Position numbers and translations under genes: made by a program. Below, piece by piece: positions 1 to 9,619 of a stretch of 64,000 nt of DNA (positions are counted from its first letter, which is position 1; each line of letters begins with the position of its first letter). Under the pieces are notes generated by a model. It was not told the origin of the DNA. It saw nothing but the letters and a program-made list of their open reading frames with translations, and made no database searches. The stretch covers positions 124,001 to 188,000 of IMG/VR virus record IMGVR_UViG_3300033571_009404. The stretch is one strand, 5' to 3'.

Positions 1-6
1 GTCAGC

Positions 7-549
7 ATGATGACTAAGCTCTCTAGTTATTCCGTGCAGTTCATGTCGCTGATTAACGATAGTGACTTGCGTCCTATTGACTTACCTGTCATTCGACCCG
101 ATAACATGACCGGGAAGGGTGCGGAGCTGATTCAAGCTGAAGTCATTGTTGCTAATGTCAATCACGAACGCAGTGTTTTAAAACATCACATCTGGACCGG
201 CTTGAACTGGCCTAATGTAGATAGTGATTTCCAATCGACTCAGCATCATCATTTAAAAGTCGATATCCCAGTACGTGCAATGGGAGATCGCCCTGTTACC
301 GTTAAACGCATTCGTGTGGAATCTGCACGTATTCGTGCTCGCTACGCAGGTCCTCCATTAACGCTGAATGATCGTGACATCATTCCAGTACCGGGGATTA
401 AAGAATATCTGGACTTACCTATTGCCGATAGTCAACGATTCAAAGATCGCAATGGGAACTTCTGGTTCTACTCTGTCCCGCAGAAGAGGAACTTGGCAGA
501 AGCAATTGCCAACAACGTTCTGAACGGTATTAACTGGATTCCGATGTGA
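7..549 (+). CDS. hypothetical protein, probably virion-associated; may be 5'-truncated by the window edge
   Basis: 180-aa ORF; the frame is open back to base 1; it precedes a structural-type gene. Confidence 0.6.
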   Translation: MMTKLSSYSVQFMSLINDSDLRPIDLPVIRPDNMTGKGAELIQAEVIVANVNHERSVLKHHIWTGLNWPNVDSDFQSTQHHHLKVDIPVRAMGDRPVTVKRIRVESARIRARYAGPPLTLNDRDIIPVPGIKEYLDLPIADSQRFKDRNGNFWFYSVPQKRNLAEAIANNVLNGINWIPM

Positions 550-600
550 CGTAAATCACGTTCAATAGTGTGATTACGAGTTTGATCATCACTGTCTTAG

Positions 601-633
601 AGTAGGGAGTGAAGCTCAAATTTACTCCCTACT
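601..633 (+). terminator. intergenic stem-loop
   Basis: Arms agtagggagt / actccctact followed by tattt. Confidence 0.5.
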
Positions 634-656
634 TATTTAACTTTTAGGATGTTTTC

Positions 657-1505
657 ATGGAGAATATTACTCGGACTATCGGCAGTGCTTATTTGCAGAC
701 AGTTCAATGGATCGGTGCACGTTTCGTCATGAAACAAAACTCCACTCTTAACGAGAAGTGGAACATCCAAAGCGGTATTGCACCCGGTACCAATGACATG
801 CCCCGCATCAAAGCCTACGGTATCGGAAACGGTGGACATGATCTGATCGTGGTCAATGGCATTGCCAAACCGCGACCGACTCAGTTCAAGACTCGCAATG
901 CTTCTCTGTACAAACACATGCCTTTCGTGCTGCGTTTACCAGAAGCAGATCTGACGGTGGATGAGCGTAGTAAATACGCCATGCGTCGAATCGAAGATCA
1001 CAACGGTACGAACTACGTGGCGTACTACTTAAAGCGTATTGACTTCACCAACGTCGTTCCGGTGATCAATTACCACCAAGTCGTTGAAGGTGGCGATGAA
1101 GTCGTCACTGCCTTTAACTACACCACGGACGACCTGAACCCGGTCGCACCAGCACTGTCTCCCACTGGCACGAACATCGTCTCGGGCGATTACCTGTCGG
1201 CCTCGGCTCCGGTGTCGATTGCACTGACCGCTGCTGATGTTGAAGAACTGATCAACGTAGCACAGATCATCTGGAACGATGCTGACTTAGCCATCGTCTC
1301 GGAAATGTGTCTGGTCTCTGGTGTGGATAAGACTGTGGCGTCTCCTTCAGTGGGTAACTCGACGATTAACTTCGTTGAGCTGATTGCTGCCCAAGTGTGC
1401 ACCATGATCAACGTGTTCTATCCGATGAACTTCAACAACCAAGGTGTGGATATCGCTCTGGACCTGGGTGCAACGGAACCTCTGTTCAGCTTAACCAGCA
1501 GCTAA
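657..1505 (+). CDS. phiKZ-like virion structural (baseplate-region) protein
   Basis: 282 aa with YGIGNGGH and YVAYYLKRID motifs recalled from conserved phiKZ-like structural proteins; codon usage is consistent with a real gene. Confidence 0.6.
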   Translation: MENITRTIGSAYLQTVQWIGARFVMKQNSTLNEKWNIQSGIAPGTNDMPRIKAYGIGNGGHDLIVVNGIAKPRPTQFKTRNASLYKHMPFVLRLPEADLTVDERSKYAMRRIEDHNGTNYVAYYLKRIDFTNVVPVINYHQVVEGGDEVVTAFNYTTDDLNPVAPALSPTGTNIVSGDYLSASAPVSIALTAADVEELINVAQIIWNDADLAIVSEMCLVSGVDKTVASPSVGNSTINFVELIAAQVCTMINVFYPMNFNNQGVDIALDLGATEPLFSLTSS

Positions 1506-1613
1506 CCTGTTTAGAACGGTTTTAAGGTACCTTAGAGCCGTTTTATCCACGGGGACGGAGAATTTAGCGTCTATGGGATTTAAACGTCCTATAGACGCTC
1601 CTAAGGATTGTCC

Positions 1614-2216
1614 ATGTTAAGAATCCCAGAAGAAAGTTCTCCCATCTTACCCATGATAGGCATAGACCCCGGCTCAATGAAGCTAGGTCTAGCCGTCTTG
1701 TGGTTCGATGTGACTACTATGACCATCGTGAAAACGGAATCCCGCACAGTTCGTGTGGATAAGATGGTTAAAGACAACCCACTGGTAGAAACCATGGGTG
1801 AACTGTTTGCTCGTTTGTACAAGCTGCAGCACATGTTAACTGGATACTTCAATGCGATCCAGCCAGTGATGATTGCAACTGAAACACCGTACTACAATCC
1901 ACGTCGTCCATCTGCTTACGGTCCATTGGTGAAAGTCATCACCATGATCGAAGAAGCTGTAGTGAAATACAATCCTGAAATGGGATTGACGTACATTGCT
2001 CCGTCTACCGTTAAGGCACGGGTCAATGCTAATACCTTGGTACGTGACAAGGATAACGTGATCGAATGTGTTCGTAACCTCCCTGACTTGTTCTACGATG
2101 GTGAGATCCCATTTGATCAGCTCGATGACAACGGCGCTGATGGACTCGCTATTGTTTATGGAGCGTTCCATAACCTCGTGAGGGAAAAGTGTTTGATAAC
2201 GTCAAAAACTACTTAA
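1614..2216 (+). CDS. ruvC: RuvC-like Holliday junction resolvase
   Basis: IGIDPGS (catalytic Asp), IATETPY (Glu) and DDNGADGLAI (Asp pair). ATG at 1614 follows RBS aagga; the track starts at TTG 1608. Confidence 0.85.
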   Translation: MLRIPEESSPILPMIGIDPGSMKLGLAVLWFDVTTMTIVKTESRTVRVDKMVKDNPLVETMGELFARLYKLQHMLTGYFNAIQPVMIATETPYYNPRRPSAYGPLVKVITMIEEAVVKYNPEMGLTYIAPSTVKARVNANTLVRDKDNVIECVRNLPDLFYDGEIPFDQLDDNGADGLAIVYGAFHNLVREKCLITSKTT

Positions 2217-2662
2217 TCGCAGCACTGGTTGCTGCAGTAGCATTAGCCGGTCTTGGTTTGTGGTACTTCCAAAAAGAATCCAAGAAGGATGCTGCTACAA
2301 TCGCCGTAGAGAAAGTACGCGGCGATACTGCTGAAGATGCTCAGCAAAAGGGAGAGCAGTCTTCGGAGGCTACTAACAAGTCTTCAGAGAAGTTAGCTGG
2401 GGATCAAGATAAAGTTGATGCAGATGCTACCAAGCAAAAGGACACGACTGAACAGAAACGCCGTGAGGCTGAAAGTCAGTACACACCTCCCAAGCAGACT
2501 GCACCGATTGATGGTACTGGGATGACCTTGAGTAATAAGAATCCTGACCAACCATTGATTGACCAAAAAAGCCAAATCGCTATGGATCAACTCTGGGGAC
2601 AGTATTGCCAGAATTATCCCACTAATGACACCTGTGTCAAATTGAAAGGACAACAGAAATGA
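2189..2662 (+). CDS. putative inner-membrane spanin (Rz-like)
   Basis: Single N-terminal TM (YLIAALVAAVALAGLGLWYF), charged coiled-coil periplasmic part and C-terminal Cys pair; overlaps the following lipoprotein gene by ATGA. Confidence 0.6.
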   Translation: MFDNVKNYLIAALVAAVALAGLGLWYFQKESKKDAATIAVEKVRGDTAEDAQQKGEQSSEATNKSSEKLAGDQDKVDADATKQKDTTEQKRREAESQYTPPKQTAPIDGTGMTLSNKNPDQPLIDQKSQIAMDQLWGQYCQNYPTNDTCVKLKGQQK

Positions 2663-2997
2663 AGTCCAACCTTAAACTCGCATTTCTGTTTACCTTTCTG
2701 TTCCTGTTAGCTGGTTGTTTGCAGGGATGCGGTACCCAGATTGTGACGGTGACGAAGTATCAGTTCGTTCCTGTACCTAAAGCCTATACTCTACCCTGCG
2801 TGGATGTAGCACCTCCTGATCCATTCGAATTCTTGACGTTGCCAACTCATCGTCGTATTGACTTGTTATCTGATCGCAGTTTCAATCAGAGTGTTGTGAT
2901 TGTGAAATGCAACAACAAGTTAAAGACCATCTCTGACTGGAGTGATGAACAGGAAACGATTTACAAGAACAAGTCAAGTCAGGAGCCCAGTAAATGA
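2659..2997 (+). CDS. putative outer-membrane spanin lipoprotein (Rz1-like)
   Basis: Signal peptide with lipobox LLAGC (followed by LQGC), Pro-rich segment VPVPKAYTLPCVDVAPPDP and a C-terminal helix. Confidence 0.6.
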   Translation: MKSNLKLAFLFTFLFLLAGCLQGCGTQIVTVTKYQFVPVPKAYTLPCVDVAPPDPFEFLTLPTHRRIDLLSDRSFNQSVVIVKCNNKLKTISDWSDEQETIYKNKSSQEPSK

Positions 2998-3470
2998 CCA
3001 CCGCCACTGAAGTTCTCCACAAGTTACCAGATGGCGCTGAACTTGGTCCACTGGAGGCAAAAGATGAAGTTCTGTCTGAACTCATCGAGGCATATAACGA
3101 CCGTGTAGAGATCCGGCGTAACTCCTGCAATGTCACGTTGAAGAAGTTAACCCCGGAATCTACTGGTGCTGACTTGAAGACGGAAATCACCAAGCTCCCG
3201 ATTGAAGATCAGTTAGAACTGCTGCAAGCTTATAAAGAAGGTAAGAAGGATAAGACCTCTGAAGAAGAAGCAGCAAAGGAAGAACGACAGCACAAATGGA
3301 AGATCATTGACAAGTTGACCGATCTGGGCATCACTGTCATCTTTCTGATTGTGGTGACTTATTGTTATCATGGTATCACCACTGGTAACTGGAACAATGA
3401 AATCATTTCCAAACTGATTGATGTCAGCGTTGACTTGATCAAGTACTTCTCAGGAACTAACAACTCATGA
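2994..3470 (+). CDS. membrane protein, holin candidate
   Basis: One TM (LGITVIFLIVVTYCY) followed by an amphipathic helix; translationally coupled to the spanin-like pair. Confidence 0.4.
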   Translation: MTTATEVLHKLPDGAELGPLEAKDEVLSELIEAYNDRVEIRRNSCNVTLKKLTPESTGADLKTEITKLPIEDQLELLQAYKEGKKDKTSEEEAAKEERQHKWKIIDKLTDLGITVIFLIVVTYCYHGITTGNWNNEIISKLIDVSVDLIKYFSGTNNS

Positions 3471-5278
3471 AACCCTCTCTGATCCGAAATGCTTTCGGTA
3501 AACGGCCAGTGAAGTTCTTACTGCCCACTCCGGAAACAAAATTCACGGTCTCTTTGGAAGAGATCGCCACTGGCGTAGCCGCACCTGAAGTAGAACACGT
3601 GATCTATGGCCGTCTGCTTGATCTGGGTCAGTTAGCTCGCGCTTCTCACATGGAAAAGCAAGAGCAATGGGAAGTCAAAGTCCCAAAGACCAATGACAAT
3701 GCCACACGCGGTACCATTCGTGTTCGCAAGACCATGATCGAAGGCAGTCCGGATGAATACACCCTCTGCGGTAAAACTCCCGCAGGCGATGCATCCAATC
3801 CACTGGAGCGTAAGGAAGTTCCTATTCCCTGCACTCAAGACATGTTCGATGTCATCAAATCCATGGCGTCAGCCGGGATGCGTAAGGATCGTTACTTCTT
3901 CCCGGCTACTGCCACGGGCGAAGTCATTCCTCACGATGCTGCTAATCTCGGTGATCCCATTCCTGAAGACCAAGCAACAGATGCAGCGCATGCTGAAGGC
4001 GACAAGTGGGTCATGCCTTTGAAAGATGCTGTTACTGAGCACAAAGATCTGGTCAATGCACTGGAGTCTCCCGATAAGTCTGACGATCAGAAAGAGATCG
4101 CAGAACAAGGCGGTGAACTCAAGCGCATGGAAGCTGCTGAAGCCGAACAAGAGAATGTGGCAACTGAAGGCGATACAGTTGACATGATCAATGCATCTTC
4201 TCACTGGTTGCCTGAACTCGACTTCACCAAACAACCTGGCGTCTTCAAGAAGCAAGAAGTGGTGGTGGAAGCCATCATCTGGACGGGTAAGAATCTGGCT
4301 CAAGTCCAAGCTTTCTTGTCGGGTAATGCCAAAGCTGGTGAAGAAATTGTCATCAGTGAAGATGACGGCAATGCTGATACCGATGGTGAACTGCTGATCG
4401 ATACACTGGAAGATGGTGAAGGTAAGCAAGTGCAGCACATTGCTTCTCCTGGCGATTACATCATCAAGGGCGTCAAGGGTGAGTTCTATCCGTGCAAGCC
4501 TGACATCTTTGCTGAGACGTACGCACAGACCAATCTGGTGACACTGGAAGAATTGCCTCCTGAAGGTGTGGAAGCAGAACCCACTGGTGAACCCAGTGAA
4601 GCACCCGCACAAGCGGCACAAGAACTCTCTACCAATGCATCGCCTCTGCAAAGCCCGCAAGCTGAGCCTGAAGGTCTGGTATGGGAAGTTGACTTGTTCC
4701 TGAAGGAAGACGGTTCGTACTACGACTGGGTGAAGATTGATCTGGAAGTCGGTAAGGGTAATGAGAACATGCCACTACCCCCGCTGCCTCTGAATCTGTC
4801 TGACATCATCGCAGCTCCGTATGGTCAGCGCACTGAAGCCGAGGAAGCGACTGTTTCCAATCTGTACTCCACGATCTTCGTAACCCGTAATCCTGGCGCT
4901 ACACCTCTGTCGACTCAACCGACTCCGGCATTCGATCAGTCCAAGGTTGCAGAAGATGGCACTCCTGCTGAAGGTACTCCTGCTGACAGCAATGGTACTG
5001 GTGCCGCACCGGAAGGTGTCAATGATGTTGAAGTAGATCCGGCTGCTAAGGAAACTACTGAGGAACCCACCGCTGGTGAACCTCCTGCTGAAGAGAATGC
5101 ACCTGATGCAGAAGAACCACCTGTTGGTGAACCTCCGGAAGAAGCTACTCCTCCGGCGGAAGATGAAGCACAACCTGAGACTCAACCTGAAGAAGTTACT
5201 GAACCTACCGCTGAAGCTCCTAAGGGACGTCAGCAACAGTTCACTGACGATCTGAAGCAAGCTCTCGGTCAAGACTAA
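3467..5278 (+). CDS. CYTH-like (triphosphate tunnel) protein with a large internal insertion and an acidic Pro/Glu-rich tail
   Basis: Motifs EVEHV, IRVRK, RKDRY and WEVDLF...KIDLEV match the CYTH motif order, but RY and WEVD are separated by ~255 aa. Confidence 0.6.
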   Translation: MKPSLIRNAFGKRPVKFLLPTPETKFTVSLEEIATGVAAPEVEHVIYGRLLDLGQLARASHMEKQEQWEVKVPKTNDNATRGTIRVRKTMIEGSPDEYTLCGKTPAGDASNPLERKEVPIPCTQDMFDVIKSMASAGMRKDRYFFPATATGEVIPHDAANLGDPIPEDQATDAAHAEGDKWVMPLKDAVTEHKDLVNALESPDKSDDQKEIAEQGGELKRMEAAEAEQENVATEGDTVDMINASSHWLPELDFTKQPGVFKKQEVVVEAIIWTGKNLAQVQAFLSGNAKAGEEIVISEDDGNADTDGELLIDTLEDGEGKQVQHIASPGDYIIKGVKGEFYPCKPDIFAETYAQTNLVTLEELPPEGVEAEPTGEPSEAPAQAAQELSTNASPLQSPQAEPEGLVWEVDLFLKEDGSYYDWVKIDLEVGKGNENMPLPPLPLNLSDIIAAPYGQRTEAEEATVSNLYSTIFVTRNPGATPLSTQPTPAFDQSKVAEDGTPAEGTPADSNGTGAAPEGVNDVEVDPAAKETTEEPTAGEPPAEENAPDAEEPPVGEPPEEATPPAEDEAQPETQPEEVTEPTAEAPKGRQQQFTDDLKQALGQD

Positions 5279-5291
5279 CTGAAAAGTTAAG

Positions 5292-5330
5292 GTCATAAAG
5301 CCCCACTGCCTAGGCAGTGGGGTCTATGAC
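5292..5330. terminator. bidirectional hairpin with GTCATA/TATGAC feet
   Basis: gtcataaagccccactgcctaggcagtggggtctatgac, with a 22-bp perfect palindrome core, between convergent genes. Confidence 0.8.
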
Positions 5331-5331
5331 G

Positions 5332-5967
5332 TCAGCCGCCGTGTCCGTGCAACATCTCTCTCACAATCGATACCGTAGTAGCTACCTTGGGAATCGTCGA
5401 AAGTGCAAAACGATATTTACCAATGATGGCAGCTTTACGTAACTGCATGTACCGATATTTGGCGATGACTTGCCGGATACGATCTTCTACTAACTCATCT
5501 GACAATGCGTTAGCATCCTCGGCAGTTGCATTCGGCTTTTGTTCACATGCCAGCATCAGTCGGAAGGGAAGAACTTTACCCTGCTGCGCCTGAACTGCTT
5601 GCTGATAGGTGAATTCGAATACTTCTTGATCGAATGGATTGAAGATCTTATTGGTTTCATTCAGACGATCTACTTCTTCCTGATGCAGCCGTGCGTATTT
5701 CAGATGCAATGCACTAGCAATCATCTCAGGTGTGATCGATTCCAGCTTAGGGCCAGAAGTCCAACCACGACCATCGAAATAGATATCACCCAAACTAGCA
5801 CGTTCCAAGGGAGGTGCAAAGGTCGAGTAATACTTAGGTAACTCCGCCAGTCGAGACTGAGTGATGGATTCAGTATAAATACCGATTCCCTCTTTCTCAT
5901 TCAGGATCCTGTAGAGATGCAGAGTTACCATGTTGCTGTCTGATACTTCTGCTAATTGTGCTGACAT
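5332..5967 (-). CDS. putative tail fibre assembly chaperone
   Basis: GIY...YSTFAPP...IYFDGRGW pattern resembles Tfa-like chaperones; last gene of the fibre array. Confidence 0.5.
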   Translation of the reverse strand: MSAQLAEVSDSNMVTLHLYRILNEKEGIGIYTESITQSRLAELPKYYSTFAPPLERASLGDIYFDGRGWTSGPKLESITPEMIASALHLKYARLHQEEVDRLNETNKIFNPFDQEVFEFTYQQAVQAQQGKVLPFRLMLACEQKPNATAEDANALSDELVEDRIRQVIAKYRYMQLRKAAIIGKYRFALSTIPKVATTVSIVREMLHGHGG

Positions 5968-5985
5968 GGTTTTCCTTAATGAAGA

Positions 5986-7245
5986 TTACGCGCCCTTAGG
6001 AACCCATGCATATGTCAAGAAACGCCCAGGTGGACATGTTTCAGAATTATATCCACCGTCACCGAAGTCATAGGACTGCCACATGTTAGAGTAGATCGTA
6101 ATCGATCCACCCGCTGGCACCTTATAAAGACCCTGAATGGACTTGTTATCAGAATCCGAACTTTGGGTGTTATATGCCAAACTGATCAAAGATCCATTGA
6201 CATACGCTTCTTGACAGACGCCTTGATTACCTTGACCTGCCATGGTGTTAGAAACCACCACAGCTTTACTGTAGGGGTTAGTCCAACTCCACGATGAACG
6301 AGGTGTAGGGTTATCAGGGACCGTTGGATCTGGTCTACCTGGTGTTCCGCTGAACAAGTAAACCCACTGTCCATCTGAACCAGCAGATAAACGCTTAATA
6401 GCGTCTGCTAACTTCGCTTGGAATTCAGCAGTCGTGTAAGCATTGATCTGGCCAGGTGTAACTCCGTGTGGGTTGCTCTTGTTGCTATCGTGCGCGAGCA
6501 TGGTGCTGATGATGCTATTACCCCGATTGGTGAACTCGGTGTAAAGCGCTGACAGAATGGCGTCTGTTTCCTGTTTGGTGTAGACGTTAATCTGACCTGC
6601 ATACAGTTGGTGAGGATTGTTAAAATCGGAAACGTGTTGTTGGAGTAAGAGCTTCAACGCGGCGTTATGATCTAACTGAGACTGATACTCTCGATCCAAG
6701 TCGGCACGGATCTTGTCGTAAGTTGCTTGACGACCCTGAGCCATACCCGCCATCACCCCGTCAAGCTGACGAGTGATGTATTCCCAACCGTACGTGTCAT
6801 CAGTATCATGCTGGTGAGGTCCAGGGTTCAAGAACCAAGGACGTGCAACTAAATCTTCGTACTTCACTGGACGGTCATCTAAGTCCATCGCATCTAAAGC
6901 TGCGAAGATGTTCTTGCGGTTGTTACTGTAACCACCACCTAAGGCTTGGTAGTCTAAGATGATGTTGTTCGACACTGTCGTGTTGTAGATCACAATGGAT
7001 GCACAGATCTCCTTACCATACTCCCGCGTAGGAATGGGATAGAGATCTGCTGGGGAGTAATCTACTCCCTTCTGGAGAACGTATCCAGTTGCAGCATCAG
7101 TGATCTTCAACGACTCTGTGAAGAAAGCCCCAAAGTCAGGCACAGCGGTCCGTACTTGACGATTGACCAATGTCTGTGCCTCGCCTACGATCTTATTACT
7201 GGAGGCTTTACCAGTACGATCGAGTGGTTTTCTGAAGTCAGCCAT
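5986..7245 (-). CDS. tail fibre-like virion protein (NPH-repeat paralogue 1)
   Basis: Shared N-terminal module (D-x-TG...FGAFFTES...GVDY...YQALGG), two H-x(4-5)-NPH repeats and a C-terminal YVNG-x-LI domain. Confidence 0.7.
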   Translation of the reverse strand: MADFRKPLDRTGKASSNKIVGEAQTLVNRQVRTAVPDFGAFFTESLKITDAATGYVLQKGVDYSPADLYPIPTREYGKEICASIVIYNTTVSNNIILDYQALGGGYSNNRKNIFAALDAMDLDDRPVKYEDLVARPWFLNPGPHQHDTDDTYGWEYITRQLDGVMAGMAQGRQATYDKIRADLDREYQSQLDHNAALKLLLQQHVSDFNNPHQLYAGQINVYTKQETDAILSALYTEFTNRGNSIISTMLAHDSNKSNPHGVTPGQINAYTTAEFQAKLADAIKRLSAGSDGQWVYLFSGTPGRPDPTVPDNPTPRSSWSWTNPYSKAVVVSNTMAGQGNQGVCQEAYVNGSLISLAYNTQSSDSDNKSIQGLYKVPAGGSITIYSNMWQSYDFGDGGYNSETCPPGRFLTYAWVPKGA

Positions 7246-7256
7246 GAAGATCCTCG

Positions 7257-8432
7257 TTAAGCTGTCGGTACAAACCGCAGGCCATAGATGGTACCAGAAC
7301 CACCAGATGGAGTACCGGTATAGATCGTAATCGTTCCACGACCAGGGACCATGATGTAAGTCTGTACGGATTTAATCCAGTTGGTGTGTTGATTCGTGGC
7401 GTCGGCGATCAAAACGCCATTCACATACATCTGGTTACCCACACGACCAGCACCATTGGAGTTGGTAAACGAGTAGAAAACGGCTTGGTTAAAGTCATTG
7501 TAATGCGACCAACCACCAGTATAGGAATTGACTAACAGCTGCCAATACCCATTCTCACCAGTCGGAGTTTGACTAACAAGCTGTTGCAAGCGTGCGTCCA
7601 GTTGTTCTTTGGTCCACATCTGCAACATCGCAGCGGTAATTCCGTGAGGGTTATCTCTGCGTGCAACGTGAGCTGCTAGATTGGCCTCAATTACTAATGC
7701 ACGGTTATTGAACTCGTTGTACAACTGGTCACGGAATTGGTTCAATTCTGTCTTGGTGTAGACATTTAACTGATCCGGAGTAACCGAGTGAGGATTCTGG
7801 TCGTTATCAATGTGGTTGGTCAGTCGACTTTCGGTGCCGTTTTGCTGAGCACCTAAGACACTGAACATGGCATCGATATACGCGTACAGATCGACTTGGG
7901 CTTCAGGGAAACCGTTAATCAAGATCTGACGAATCCGTGCAATGGCATGCTCCTGATATTCGAAACCAATACGGTTGTCATTACGAGCCATATAGTGAGT
8001 TGGAGGATACTGCGATGCTTTAACTGGTGTTAAGAGAGGTCCCCATTTCCAGTCATGCTGACCAGCAGCTGCGATGTTTTGCATTTGGGTGACGACTTGA
8101 GATTCAGGCACTTCGTAGAAGTCACCTAATACTTGGTACGTCAACATCACGTCTTTGGTCACAGCAGGGTTCTTGATCACTACGATGTTGCAGATTTCCT
8201 TGTTATACAAACCAGAGGGAAGTTCTGCCACATCAGACGGATAATAATCAACACCCTTCACCAGCTCACGGTTGTTATTACCCAGATCGATTAACTTCAT
8301 CGACTCAGTAAAGAAAGAACCGAAGTTCGGCGCGAACAGGCGCATCGGACCATCAGCTAACACATGTGATTCATTGCGAATCAGATTAGTTGGATTCACC
8401 CCTGTGGTGTCCAACGCGTACGTATAACTCAT
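7257..8432 (-). CDS. tail fibre-like virion protein (NPH-repeat paralogue 2)
   Basis: DTTG...FGSFFTES...GVDY...YQVLG, two NPH repeats and a C-terminal YVNGVLI domain. Confidence 0.7.
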   Translation of the reverse strand: MSYTYALDTTGVNPTNLIRNESHVLADGPMRLFAPNFGSFFTESMKLIDLGNNNRELVKGVDYYPSDVAELPSGLYNKEICNIVVIKNPAVTKDVMLTYQVLGDFYEVPESQVVTQMQNIAAAGQHDWKWGPLLTPVKASQYPPTHYMARNDNRIGFEYQEHAIARIRQILINGFPEAQVDLYAYIDAMFSVLGAQQNGTESRLTNHIDNDQNPHSVTPDQLNVYTKTELNQFRDQLYNEFNNRALVIEANLAAHVARRDNPHGITAAMLQMWTKEQLDARLQQLVSQTPTGENGYWQLLVNSYTGGWSHYNDFNQAVFYSFTNSNGAGRVGNQMYVNGVLIADATNQHTNWIKSVQTYIMVPGRGTITIYTGTPSGGSGTIYGLRFVPTA

Positions 8433-8443
8433 TGGCTACCTCG

Positions 8444-9619
8444 TTAAGAAGACTTGGGGCTGAAACGGTAAACCAGAGGACGACATGCTTGTCCATTAGC
8501 GTTACAATCCACGTAAATCGATCCACCTGCCGGAACCCACACTGCACCTTGCGTACGTTTTGGATCTCGATAAACCAGAGTCTGTGCATCGGTGATCAAA
8601 GTACCATTAACGTAAATGCGCTGCGCCGTACCACGGTCACTGGTCGACATAGATGTCACCGAGTAGAAGCAAGCCACAGCAAACGGGTTAGTTTCACCCC
8701 ATGCCGTGGTATAGTCCCCGTAGCGATATTCATACTGACCATCAGCACCACTTGGGTTAGCAGCAACTGCAGCTTGAATAGCAGCTTCCATCTGTGCAGC
8801 TGTCATCGAACCGATGTTAGCTGCAGTGTCGTTGTGAGGATTGACCGCATTGATGTGCGTATTCACTCGGTTCTGTGCATTGATCATCAACTGATCAAGG
8901 TCTGCATGCATCGAATTCAGAAGGTCATCCACCTTTTGACGGATGTATGCATTGATTTGTTCGGCAGTGACTCGGTGCGGGTTCGACTTGTCATTTAAGT
9001 GTGCGGTCACTAAAGCATCCAGATCATCAGCACGACTCTTGATGTCAGCACCATACTCATCCGCCTTACGATAAATGTCATCCAACTCTAATGTTGCTTT
9101 GATCTCAATCGCTTGACGGATACGGTCCGTGCGATAGACAGCTTCATTGAAGTTATAGATGTCACCGATATCGTGCGTGTGTTTGGTCGGTTCGAATTCT
9201 GTGGGTAAGTCCTTGATGTTCGGCCAGTAAACCTGACGGGCATCTAACGAGGTCGATGCAATCAATTGCTCAATTGCATTGATCTGAGAACTATATTCAT
9301 CACCACCTACGGTCTGATACGTCACCAGTACGCGATCTGATACAGTCGGCTCAGTGATGACAATCATCCCATGGACTTCCATACCAGTGCGCTTAACAGC
9401 TGATGCATTCAAACACGTGAAGGAGTAATGCACACCACGTTTTAATTCCTCATTGGTCGCGGCATCCACAACCTTTACTGATTTACTATAGAAACAGCCA
9501 TGGCGAATAGCAATGGAACGCTTCGATTTGTAGACCAGGGTGTAAAGATCATTGATGACGAGATTATTGAGGCTTTTACCCGTTGGATCAAATGGGTAAC
9601 GAGTCAATAATGGCATCAT
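8444..9619 (-). CDS. tail fibre-like virion protein (NPH-repeat paralogue 3)
   Basis: YPFDPTG...GVHY...YQTVGG, two NPH repeats and a C-terminal YVNGTLI domain. Confidence 0.7.
   Translation of the reverse strand: MMPLLTRYPFDPTGKSLNNLVINDLYTLVYKSKRSIAIRHGCFYSKSVKVVDAATNEELKRGVHYSFTCLNASAVKRTGMEVHGMIVITEPTVSDRVLVTYQTVGGDEYSSQINAIEQLIASTSLDARQVYWPNIKDLPTEFEPTKHTHDIGDIYNFNEAVYRTDRIRQAIEIKATLELDDIYRKADEYGADIKSRADDLDALVTAHLNDKSNPHRVTAEQINAYIRQKVDDLLNSMHADLDQLMINAQNRVNTHINAVNPHNDTAANIGSMTAAQMEAAIQAAVAANPSGADGQYEYRYGDYTTAWGETNPFAVACFYSVTSMSTSDRGTAQRIYVNGTLITDAQTLVYRDPKRTQGAVWVPAGGSIYVDCNANGQACRPLVYRFSPKSS

Noticed and set aside
3869-5296. Antisense ORFs of 263 aa and 173 aa opposite the CYTH-like gene
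   Set aside because: Phe/Ser/Arg-rich complements of Glu/Pro low-complexity coding sequence.
8390-8998. 202-aa plus-strand ORF across two fibre genes
   Set aside because: Antisense to well-supported paralogous genes, with no independent support.
5986-9619. Diversity-generating retroelement or invertase shufflon acting on fibre tips
   Set aside because: No reverse transcriptase or invertase in the window, and no near-identical template/variable DNA repeats; similarity is only at the protein level.
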